From a virus: a stretch of DNA of 64,000 bases. The notes under the pieces are model-generated. The model was given only the letters and a program-made list of their open reading frames with translations, ran no database searches and was not told the origin of the DNA. Below are positions 25,385 through 33,577 of this stretch, piece after piece. A program made the position numbers and the translations under genes. Numbering within the stretch: the first letter of the stretch is position 1; every line of letters starts with the position of its first letter. Location of the stretch: the IMG/VR virus record IMGVR_UViG_3300024038_000016; one strand, written 5' to 3'.

Positions 25385-25871
25385 GGAGCTGCGCCGTCGT
25401 CACCGCTGCGTCTGACCGGAGCGCGCGGCACTCTTGGCTTTCGGTCGCAGGGCTTCCGGCACCAAGTCGATAGTCGGCGGATCCACCATCAAACTCGCCG
25501 GGGCTTGTGGCAGGGGCGCGCAGTCCCGGGGCGCGATTTGTACCGGCTGCGACGTTGCGCACGCGGCCAGGGCCGTACAGAGCGCGCAGAGCAGTGACGT
25601 TTGCTTGGTGGGCACGATCGACCTCCTGTGAGATTGCCTGCTGGGTTTGGACCTTGATCAGGTTGTCGCGGGCGCGCTCAGCTTCGGCGCGCGATAGCGC
25701 GGCCGTGCGCTTGGCCTCAGCCAGCGCCCACTTGCCGCGCTCGGCCGCGACGCCTTCCTCGCGGCAGCGGTGGCCGTAGGCAAGCACGGCCGCGCCAACG
25801 GCTCCGACGAGCACGAAGGCGCCGAGAAGCTTTGCGACGGCGCCGTAAAAGGCGGGGGGAATCGGAATCAT
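25332..25871 (-). CDS. Inner-membrane spanin (Rz-like)
   Basis: N-terminal TM plus coiled coil, after endolysin. Confidence 0.8.
   Translation of the reverse strand: MIPIPPAFYGAVAKLLGAFVLVGAVGAAVLAYGHRCREEGVAAERGKWALAEAKRTAALSRAEAERARDNLIKVQTQQAISQEVDRAHQANVTALRALYGPGRVRNVAAGTNRAPGLRAPATSPGEFDGGSADYRLGAGSPATESQECRALRSDAAVTTAQLLNLRSWVVRQGLGRISE
25400..25615 (-). CDS. Outer-membrane spanin lipoprotein (Rz1-like), nested
   Basis: Lipobox LAAC, Pro-rich, embedded in Rz. Confidence 0.8.
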   Translation of the reverse strand: MPTKQTSLLCALCTALAACATSQPVQIAPRDCAPLPQAPASLMVDPPTIDLVPEALRPKAKSAARSGQTQR

Positions 25872-26440
25872 GCGGGGCCCACCCTTTCGCACAGGTGCCA
25901 TTCATCCACACGGCGGGCGTACAGGCCCGCCACGAACTTCATTTCGACCTTGCCATCGGGTTGCCGCTTGCCGGTGGGCACGTAGCTCCATACCGGCATG
26001 CCGTCGGGCGCTTGCGCCAGGGCGCGGCATCCTTCGCGAAGCTGGCCGGCGTTGATGAGCGCGAGCGCGCGGCTCGCGCAGGTGCTGCCGGCGCCGAGGT
26101 TGTGGGCGTGCGAGGACAGCGCGTCGAATGTGTTTTGCGATACGCGCGTCTTGATGCAGTCCGCGAGGCGGAGCTGCGTTTTCTCCAGCACCAGGCGCCC
26201 TACTTCCTCGCACTTCGCGGCGGACCACACTTCGCCGACGATCACGGGGTAAGGGCTGGTCTTGTTCGTCAGGCCGAGGCAGGTGGTGGGGAGTCCGTGC
26301 GCGAGCTTGTCGGCATAGACGACGGTGTCAGCGGCCGGCTTGGCCCTACCGTCCTCCCACTTGCCCAGGAACGAGAACAGGCCAGCGCTGGCGAGCACCA
26401 GCGTCCCGCCGTACTTGACGATTGTTTTGCTGGCGCTCAT
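25868..26440 (-). CDS. Lysozyme-family endolysin with SAR-like N-terminus
   Basis: WE..YADKLAHGLPTTCLG catalytic E/D/T; Gly/Ala-rich weak TM before the Glu. Confidence 0.88.
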   Translation of the reverse strand: MSASKTIVKYGGTLVLASAGLFSFLGKWEDGRAKPAADTVVYADKLAHGLPTTCLGLTNKTSPYPVIVGEVWSAAKCEEVGRLVLEKTQLRLADCIKTRVSQNTFDALSSHAHNLGAGSTCASRALALINAGQLREGCRALAQAPDGMPVWSYVPTGKRQPDGKVEMKFVAGLYARRVDEWHLCERVGPA

Positions 26441-26658
26441 GCGCGGTCGCCTCTGCGCCGACGGGGCCGCTTCGAAAGACGATCGCGCAGGAGAAAGAAC
26501 GCCTGAAGGCAGATGTAGAGCAGCGTCGCGAGCGACACCCACTCGTTAAGAGTGAGGTCGAAGATCCCGGCGCTAGCCGTAACGATAGTGGGTGGCGCCA
26601 TTTTGGCGACTGCGACTGCGACCTCGTTCTTTGCGGGCTCAAGCATTGGCTGGTCCAT
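26437..26658 (-). CDS. Holin
   Basis: LTLNEWVSLATLLYICLQ TM, basic C-terminus, ATGA overlap with endolysin. Confidence 0.75.
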   Translation of the reverse strand: MDQPMLEPAKNEVAVAVAKMAPPTIVTASAGIFDLTLNEWVSLATLLYICLQAFFLLRDRLSKRPRRRRGDRA

Positions 26659-26787
26659 GTTGTTTACCGGGCGATGTGCAGAACCGCGACCACGCCCCCG
26701 ATCAGCAAAGCGCCTAGCGCGTGGGTGGGCGGCAAAACGAAAAGGGCTGCGCAGAGGCACCCCAGGGCGTAAAGTGGCAATAGCAAC

Positions 26788-27084
26788 TCACGTGTCCCCA
26801 CGGACTGCCTCCTGGAGGGTGTCGGCCTCGACGCGCGAGACCTCCACGAAACGGCGGACGCGAAAGCGCCCGTGAAACAACAATGCGGTGTCAGCGCCAG
26901 GGCCGGAGCCCTTGCGTTTGCGGGGTATGTATTCAATGAGGGTGAGGTGCCGGCCCTGGTCCTCGATGTAGCCGCAATGCGGAACGAGACCGGCGAGGGA
27001 AACGGAACGGCGAACGCAGAACCAAGCCCGACCTCTCGCGCGGAGCCAGAGCCCCGCAGCAACGATCAGGCAATTGAGCTTCAC
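26788..27084 (-). CDS. Hypothetical protein
   Basis: GTGA-coupled to upstream gene, 98 aa. Confidence 0.6.
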   Translation of the reverse strand: MKLNCLIVAAGLWLRARGRAWFCVRRSVSLAGLVPHCGYIEDQGRHLTLIEYIPRKRKGSGPGADTALLFHGRFRVRRFVEVSRVEADTLQEAVRGDT

Positions 27085-27680
27085 GCCGGCCAGTCGGTGC
27101 CGATGTCGAAGGCAAGCAGCTCCGCCTCGTCTGCGATGGCGGCGATCTGCGCTTTCTTGGTCCAGCGGGCCACGAGCAGCGCTTGCTTGCGATCTTCGAT
27201 CGCGCGGCTCACCGCATTGAGGTTTGCGAGCACCGCGGCCGGCATGGCGTCTGCCCAATGCATGGCGTTGTCCGCATCGCGCCAGCCTACCCAGCCGGCC
27301 GGCAGCGCGTCGCCACGTTCGATGCGGGCAGCGGTGCCGGAAATGTTCTCGCGTGCGGCCGCATCGGCATCGAAGGGAACGCCGGCAACGGTGACGGGCA
27401 GGAGATCGCGGCGCTTGAACTCGCGATCGATCTTCGCGGAGACATCCGCCGCCAGCTCGGTGAGTGGCGCCACCCACTTGCGCGCGGTCCAGTCATAGGC
27501 GTGTCGCAAGGTCGGCGGGTCACCGATCGGCACGAAGTCGTCGCCGTCGAAGTAGCCGGCGGCCGTGGTGCCTAGCGGCTTCCAGCCCTCACCCTCGGCG
27601 CAGGCGGCGTCGTATTCGTGCTCGGGGCAATCGACCAGGCGCAGCACGCGCCCGGTGGCCAGGTCGTAGATTCCGATCAT
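27081..27680 (-). CDS. Tail fibre assembly-like protein (DUF4376-like C-terminus)
   Basis: FDADAAARENI..W.DADN..H..ARW pattern; follows tail tip gene. Confidence 0.7.
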   Translation of the reverse strand: MIGIYDLATGRVLRLVDCPEHEYDAACAEGEGWKPLGTTAAGYFDGDDFVPIGDPPTLRHAYDWTARKWVAPLTELAADVSAKIDREFKRRDLLPVTVAGVPFDADAAARENISGTAARIERGDALPAGWVGWRDADNAMHWADAMPAAVLANLNAVSRAIEDRKQALLVARWTKKAQIAAIADEAELLAFDIGTDWPA

Positions 27681-30600
27681 CGCATCGCCCCCAGGAGCAC
27701 GATGATCCCGTTGCTCACGATGGTGTGAATTGCCGGGTCGCCATTCACGCGCCGGCACTGCAGGTAGTAGGTGATGTAGGCGTTGAGCGGGCCTTCGTCC
27801 GAGACGGACAGGCCTGCGTAGGTAGTGCCGTCCTGCCGCAACACTCGGTACTCGACATCGGACTGCAGGCTTGAAAAGCCACCGTCGCCGCCGCTGTCTG
27901 CATAGCGCGTCACCATCGCGTCACACATCATGGCGATGCGGCCGTTGGCGCCCACATTGATGCCGGCCGCAGCCAGCGTGATCCACGTGCCAAGCGTTGC
28001 GTCCACGGAGCCGGACTGGCGAGCCGAGCGCATGACGGTGACGGCTTCGCCCCGGATGTTGATCGTGCTGATGGCGTTGACCGCGTCGGCTGTCAGCACG
28101 CCGGAGAAGGTGCCCGTCGCAGCATTCAGCGACGTCGCCTGCACGTCGCCCCGGACAAGGACGTTAGTGAAGGATGCTCCGCCGTCAGCGCGGATAAACC
28201 ACTGCCCGTTTGCGGAACCGATCCACTGACCGACGGCCAGGTAGCCGGCGAGAAGCTTGTCGACGCCCAAGGAGCCAATGAGCGCGTTGGAGATGGCAGC
28301 GTTCGCGATGTACGTGGAAATGTTGCTGGCGTTCATCTGGCCGAACAGATTGGCGCCGATGGTGGCACCCACCGTGGCGCCATCCTGCGGTCTGCCGGTT
28401 CCGGTGACGTTCGCCCACACGGCGGACTGCGCCGCCGCGCTGATGCTCGGAACGAGGGCGCTGTTATCGATCAGCGGACTGATCGAAAGCGCGGTGCCGC
28501 TCTTGAGGATCGTGGAGCCGTCGGCCGCCCAGATTTCGAAGGCGCTGCCGTCCCAGCCAGCACCCGGCACACCCGAGCCCTTGGGGCCGCCGAAGCGGGC
28601 TTTGTACTGGCCGGAATCCGCGCCCAGGAAGATGCCCGTTCCGCCGCCTAGAAAGGATGTCGCACCCTCGGTGCGCAACCAGCCGGCGCCACCGATGGTG
28701 ACGTTGCCGAGGTTGCCGGAGATCGCGGACAGGAAGCCGAACGCCGCCCGCGTGGCGGTGATCAGGTTGTAGTAGGCGTTCCCCAGGTCGGAGTTGTCGA
28801 TGTAGTGGCCCGCCGGCTTGTCCCAGCTCCAGAGCGACTCATGAGCGAGCGACCACACCGCCCAGTAGGCGTCGCCCCCAGGCGGATCGCTGCCCGGCGC
28901 GGCCGTGATCGTTGAGGCGTCGGCAACCTTGGGGATACCCGCCGCCACAGCGGAAACGTGCACCGTGATCTTGCCCGACCAGGACAGGCCATCGTCGCCG
29001 AAGGTGTCGTACTGCGCGGCGTAGATGTACCAGTTGCCTGCCGCAAGCTTGCCACTGGCATACAGCACACCAGGCCCATCGGCCACGGGCACCGCCGTCG
29101 CCGGATCGAAGTCCGGGTCTTGCGACATGACAAAGCGCGTGCCCGCGTAGTCGGTGGCGTCGGCGCCAGTGGCGACCACTGTGAGCGCTTCGCCAGCGTC
29201 GTAGCCCACCAAGCTCGGCGGCGGCAGTTGCGGGTTGCTGACGGTGATCGCGGCCGGGTGTTCAGACCAGCCCGAGCCATTCACGCCATAGACGCGGATC
29301 TGCACCTGGCGCCGTGGCCCACCGTCGGCGCGGTTGCGCTCGAGCGAGTACGTCAGGCGCGGTTCGTTGGTGGTGTATTCGCCCTTCAACGCGAGCGGCA
29401 TACCGGCCCACACTTCCCAGCGATAGACCTGCGCACGCGCGATCGGATCGACGACGAAGATGGCGTCGCGGCCGTCCCATTCCAGTGGGTGCGCCGGCAC
29501 GCTGTGCTCGAGCGCGAGGCCGGTGGGGTCCGCGGGAATGGTGGGCATGAGCGAGACATCGCCCGACCAGGTAACGAAGGGGCCGCGCAGCGAGCCGATG
29601 GCCGCCACGCGAAGCCACACCACGCCGGACCACACCGCAACCCGCACGCTGGTCGACGTGACTTCCGCCGCACGCGTCCAGGTCTGGCCGTCGTGCGACA
29701 GATCGACGATGTAGAACTTGGCGGTGGGCGCCGGCTCCCAGGACACTGCAAGAGACGGCGCGGAGAGATCGCCCCAGAACTGCACGGCCACGCCACGCAC
29801 GACGGGTGCGGTGGCCTGCGGCAGGTTGTAGGGCTGGTCTCGATCGGGCGCGACGGCGCCGGTTTCGTCGTAGGCGCGCGGGTCGTCCAGCACGAAATTG
29901 ACCAGGACTTCCTTGCCCTGCGGGCGGATCGGCGGGACCACGATCGCTTTGGCGAAGAAGTCTTCGCCCTCGCCGAAGGCCCAGCGCGTGCGCTCACGGT
30001 TGCCGCCTACGTAAGGCGCATAGGCGTCGTCGTCGATGTCTTCGGCCAGCACCACTTGGCGCGGGTCGGGCGTTACCGAGACGCGCCACGGCCCGGAGAA
30101 TCCGCCCTTGGCGGTGCTGAGTCCAACGTAGTGAAAGCCGACGCCGAACTCGACAGGCTCATCCAGGGTGAGCACGTCGCCGGCATCCTTGCCGGTACCG
30201 GTGAAGGCCAGCAGATCACCCGAGCCGCCACCCCAAGCGGGCATGGGATGGGTGATGGCGATCGGGTCGCCCGGACTCAGGAGGAAGCCTTCCATCTCGG
30301 TGCGGAACGAGCCGGTGATTCTCCGGTACCGGTTCGAGCGCGCGATGAAATGGCCTTCCTCGACGGCATGCTGCCGGCGCTGGACTCCCGCGAGATCCAC
30401 GCCCACAGGGTTTGTGCCGGTGATGCCGGGGGGCGTGCAGCGCACGGTCTCCGGGCGCCACGTGATTTCGTCCCAGTACGTAACGTCGACGCTGTCTGCC
30501 TGCTCGGTGCGCGGCATGAGATACGCCAGACTCAGCGAACCGCGGGAGATGTTCCGCGGCATGAAGAACCGCGTCGGCAGGCTGCGCTGTTCGTCGCGCA

Positions 30601-32224
30601 CGACGCGGATGCGTCCGCCCTGCTGGAAGACAGTGCAGCGGCCGGCGCGGGCGATCAGCGTGGCCGCCTCCCACGCGGTAACCGCGCGGTCGAAGCGGTA
30701 GTCGAAGGCCTGGCCGTCGGGGTTGCCGCTTTGCCAGACAGCCGATTCGAGTGCCAGCACTTCGGCGATCGGCAGCACGTCGTCAGCGAGGCCGCGGCCG
30801 TACTCGCCATCGCTGAGCATGTCGACCAGCGCCCAGGCGATCGAGCGCGAGGGCTGCGGCGTGGTCCAGGCCGAGCCGTCATAGGTCGGGACTTTGCGCG
30901 TCGCGATCAGGTTGATGCGGCGCGAGGCCTGGCTGCTGATCTGGTCCGACGCGCGCAGCTTCATCGCCAGCATGGTGACGTTGCCGTAGTCCTGATCGCC
31001 CGGCACGTAGCCGCGCAGGCCTGCCCACGCGAGTTCGTCCGCGGTGCGGACATCGGTGGTGGGCGGGTAGATCCGGACGATGCGCACTTGCCAGCGGCCC
31101 ACGTCGACCGGGAAGTCGATGCTGCGGCGCTGCGGCGTGGCGTCGGCCGCGGCTACGCTGTAGGTCGTCTTTTCCAGAACCGGATTGGTGCCGGGCACCC
31201 AGGCCGCGCCGGACTGCTCAAGCTTCTGCACCTCGACCCGAACAAGGATGGTGACGGCATCGAGGCCGCCGTCGTCCCGGGCGACGTAGAGTCCCCGCGG
31301 CGCCACCAGGTCGACGGCGATGCGATCGAGGTCCGCGTCGGTGAGCTGAAACCATGCGGACGTGCCTTCCAGCGTTTGCCCGGCGACGGCTTCGGACGTG
31401 AGGACGCGCGTCGGGAACAGTGTGACCTTCTGGCCGGGCGCGACGATCTGATAGACCGTATCGAGGAAGGGCTCGTCGGAGTGATAGAACCCGTCGTCCT
31501 GCACTTCGCCGTTGATCGGCTGATCTTCGATGTACAGCTGCTCGATATCGAAGTCGCCATGCCCCAGGCAAAAGAGCTGGTACAGGTACTGCTCATTCCC
31601 GGCGTACTCGGCGTAGGGCTGCGAGGCGAAGTCCGGGTAGAAGCGGCACCGGCCGTACTGCACGGGGATGGCCTGGCCGAGGCGCGCGTAGTTGCCCTGC
31701 GCCTGCAGGTTGTAGGTGGGGCTGGGTTGTGCAGCGCTGGAGAGCTGGTCCGGCGTGGGCGCCTTGGGCGTGCGCGAGAGGATGCCGCCCACGATCATCG
31801 ACACGCCCTGGAAGATCATCGGCCAGCCGCCATAGATCGACGAGAAGATGCCGACGATCACGAGCACGATGCCGATGATGATCTGCAGTACGCGCGAGCC
31901 GTTGCGCCCACCCTCGGGCAGGCGCTGCAGGACGGCGGCCGTGCCACCCTCGATCATGACGCCCTGCCACTCGGCGCGGGGAATCCAGCGGCCGTTGACG
32001 TTGAGGATCCAGGGGCCGCCGTCGATATCCGCCCCGGCTGCACGCGCGAGATCCACCAGACCGCAAGGCATGTCGGGCGTCACGGTCTGGCGGTCTTCCC
32101 AGGGCGCGACCGGGTTGCGGCTGATCACGAGCACGCCATGCGGCGCGCCGGACTGCTGCACGGCGTTGCTGTGCGCGCGCAGCTCTTCGCGGAGCGCGGC
32201 GGGAAGATCAACGGGCAGGGTCAT
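27677..32224 (-). CDS. Tail tip/host specificity protein (J-like, with fused I-like N-terminus)
   Basis: About 1515 aa; LGQAIPVQYG, YLYQLFCLGHG, FN3-like middle, GATVGATIGAN C-terminal region. Confidence 0.9.
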   Translation of the reverse strand: MTLPVDLPAALREELRAHSNAVQQSGAPHGVLVISRNPVAPWEDRQTVTPDMPCGLVDLARAAGADIDGGPWILNVNGRWIPRAEWQGVMIEGGTAAVLQRLPEGGRNGSRVLQIIIGIVLVIVGIFSSIYGGWPMIFQGVSMIVGGILSRTPKAPTPDQLSSAAQPSPTYNLQAQGNYARLGQAIPVQYGRCRFYPDFASQPYAEYAGNEQYLYQLFCLGHGDFDIEQLYIEDQPINGEVQDDGFYHSDEPFLDTVYQIVAPGQKVTLFPTRVLTSEAVAGQTLEGTSAWFQLTDADLDRIAVDLVAPRGLYVARDDGGLDAVTILVRVEVQKLEQSGAAWVPGTNPVLEKTTYSVAAADATPQRRSIDFPVDVGRWQVRIVRIYPPTTDVRTADELAWAGLRGYVPGDQDYGNVTMLAMKLRASDQISSQASRRINLIATRKVPTYDGSAWTTPQPSRSIAWALVDMLSDGEYGRGLADDVLPIAEVLALESAVWQSGNPDGQAFDYRFDRAVTAWEAATLIARAGRCTVFQQGGRIRVVRDEQRSLPTRFFMPRNISRGSLSLAYLMPRTEQADSVDVTYWDEITWRPETVRCTPPGITGTNPVGVDLAGVQRRQHAVEEGHFIARSNRYRRITGSFRTEMEGFLLSPGDPIAITHPMPAWGGGSGDLLAFTGTGKDAGDVLTLDEPVEFGVGFHYVGLSTAKGGFSGPWRVSVTPDPRQVVLAEDIDDDAYAPYVGGNRERTRWAFGEGEDFFAKAIVVPPIRPQGKEVLVNFVLDDPRAYDETGAVAPDRDQPYNLPQATAPVVRGVAVQFWGDLSAPSLAVSWEPAPTAKFYIVDLSHDGQTWTRAAEVTSTSVRVAVWSGVVWLRVAAIGSLRGPFVTWSGDVSLMPTIPADPTGLALEHSVPAHPLEWDGRDAIFVVDPIARAQVYRWEVWAGMPLALKGEYTTNEPRLTYSLERNRADGGPRRQVQIRVYGVNGSGWSEHPAAITVSNPQLPPPSLVGYDAGEALTVVATGADATDYAGTRFVMSQDPDFDPATAVPVADGPGVLYASGKLAAGNWYIYAAQYDTFGDDGLSWSGKITVHVSAVAAGIPKVADASTITAAPGSDPPGGDAYWAVWSLAHESLWSWDKPAGHYIDNSDLGNAYYNLITATRAAFGFLSAISGNLGNVTIGGAGWLRTEGATSFLGGGTGIFLGADSGQYKARFGGPKGSGVPGAGWDGSAFEIWAADGSTILKSGTALSISPLIDNSALVPSISAAAQSAVWANVTGTGRPQDGATVGATIGANLFGQMNASNISTYIANAAISNALIGSLGVDKLLAGYLAVGQWIGSANGQWFIRADGGASFTNVLVRGDVQATSLNAATGTFSGVLTADAVNAISTINIRGEAVTVMRSARQSGSVDATLGTWITLAAAGINVGANGRIAMMCDAMVTRYADSGGDGGFSSLQSDVEYRVLRQDGTTYAGLSVSDEGPLNAYITYYLQCRRVNGDPAIHTIVSNGIIVLLGAMR

Positions 32225-32627
32225 ACGTCCAGATCCTGTGGCGGGGGTAGCCGTGGAGTTCAAGCAGGGGGGCCGGCGTGAAGAGCACGCCGCCCGTGGT
32301 GGCACTGCAGTGGAGAACGCCGCCGCGATCGGCCGCGCACCAGACGCCTACGTGGTCGTCACCGGCGCCGCTATCGAGCAGCACGATGTCGCCATCGGCC
32401 GCGGCCTCGCCGGCCAGTCGCTTGCGCCAGTCAGCACGGCCTGCGAAGCCGGCCAGGGCGCGCGCGACAAACGCCGGGCCCTCCGCCACCACCAAGCGCG
32501 GCAGATCGCGCCCGAAGGTCTCGCGCTGCACGCGGCGCACGAAGCCCCAGCAGTCGCACGCAAGGGCGTCGTCGCCGCCCGCGGTCCAGGCGATCGGTTC
32601 CAACAGATAGCGCAGCGCCCAACTCAT
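32208..32627 (-). CDS. NlpC/P60 tail tip peptidase (K-like)
   Basis: DCWGFV..HVGVW..VLHC. Confidence 0.85.
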   Translation of the reverse strand: MSWALRYLLEPIAWTAGGDDALACDCWGFVRRVQRETFGRDLPRLVVAEGPAFVARALAGFAGRADWRKRLAGEAAADGDIVLLDSGAGDDHVGVWCAADRGGVLHCSATTGGVLFTPAPLLELHGYPRHRIWTYDPAR

Positions 32628-33166
32628 GCAACGAGCCCCGGAAAGCGCTGCGGCGTGTAGACCTTGCTCGGGAATGAACGATTCGCCAGCTCGGCGAAGC
32701 GACAGACCGCGGACACCGCCCAGCCCGACGCATTGACCTCGGCCAGCTCCAGTCGCAGCGGCGGGTTCATGCTTGGCCGCGACAGGTCTTTCGACACGTA
32801 GGGCCGATAGATCACGAAGGCCACGTCGGTACTCTCGGCCGCAATCCTCACGTACTGCGAGATGCGGCTATCCACGTTGTCGATTTCGAAGCGCAGCTCG
32901 GGGCTGGCCTGCACCTCGACATCCGGCCGCTGCAGCCGGAAGCCACAAGCCAGGAACGTGACCACCTGCCCGCCGTTGAGCGGGGCGTCGTCTTCGAGCG
33001 TGGCGTCGATGTTCTCGGTGTTGTTGACGACGCGGATGGCGGTCGGCAAGCCGTCGTCGTCGCGGAACGCGGGGTGATGGATTTCGAGCGTGTCGAGCGT
33101 GACGACATCCGCGGGCGCAGAGGCGTACGCCTCGGCGAGCGCATCGTCGAGGGTGAAGTCAGGCAT
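32624..33166 (-). CDS. DUF1833-like tail tip protein (L-like)
   Basis: TLEIHHPAF, EIDNVD..I, FPSKVYTPQRFPGL. Confidence 0.82.
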   Translation of the reverse strand: MPDFTLDDALAEAYASAPADVVTLDTLEIHHPAFRDDDGLPTAIRVVNNTENIDATLEDDAPLNGGQVVTFLACGFRLQRPDVEVQASPELRFEIDNVDSRISQYVRIAAESTDVAFVIYRPYVSKDLSRPSMNPPLRLELAEVNASGWAVSAVCRFAELANRSFPSKVYTPQRFPGLVA

Positions 33167-33175
33167 TCGGGGATC

Positions 33176-33577
33176 TCAGGACAGAGCGGCGTCGAGCTCG
33201 GCTTCGGACATGCAGGGCGGGTTGCGCACTTCGAGGCGCCCCTGCAGGCGGTAGAACTTGTCTTGCTTGCTGAGCTGGTAGGGCTCGATGAAGCGCGCCT
33301 CGACGTAGGGAAACCCGGTGCCATAGGGCAGACGAATCTGGAACCAGGCCGCGCCCTCCTGCAGCTTGTGCTTCCAGAATGCGCGGAAGATCTCGACGGA
33401 CCAAAGATCGCGCAGGTGAATCGAGACCGTGTGCTGATCGATCGGCGAGGTGGTGAGACGCCGCGTACGGGCAGCGCCGGTTTCCATGTCGGTGCGTGCG
33501 ATCGCACTTTGCGGCTGCACCTGGTAGCCCTCGCTCAGAGGTGCGGGCAGGATGCCGGGCCAGATGGGGAGCGGCAT
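33176..33577 (-). CDS. Distal tail protein (M-like)
   Basis: WPGILPAP..RTDMETGAARTRR; follows tape measure. Confidence 0.78.
   Translation of the reverse strand: MPLPIWPGILPAPLSEGYQVQPQSAIARTDMETGAARTRRLTTSPIDQHTVSIHLRDLWSVEIFRAFWKHKLQEGAAWFQIRLPYGTGFPYVEARFIEPYQLSKQDKFYRLQGRLEVRNPPCMSEAELDAALS

Noticed and set aside
26740-26765. Possible terminator before the siphophage holin
   Set aside because: Stem imperfect; not well enough supported
27081-29000. Diversity-generating retroelement or invertible tail fibre cassette
   Set aside because: No reverse transcriptase, invertase or template/variable repeat pair seen
28958-32281. 1107-aa plus-strand ORF
   Set aside because: Antisense shadow of the tail tip gene in GC-rich DNA; no motifs
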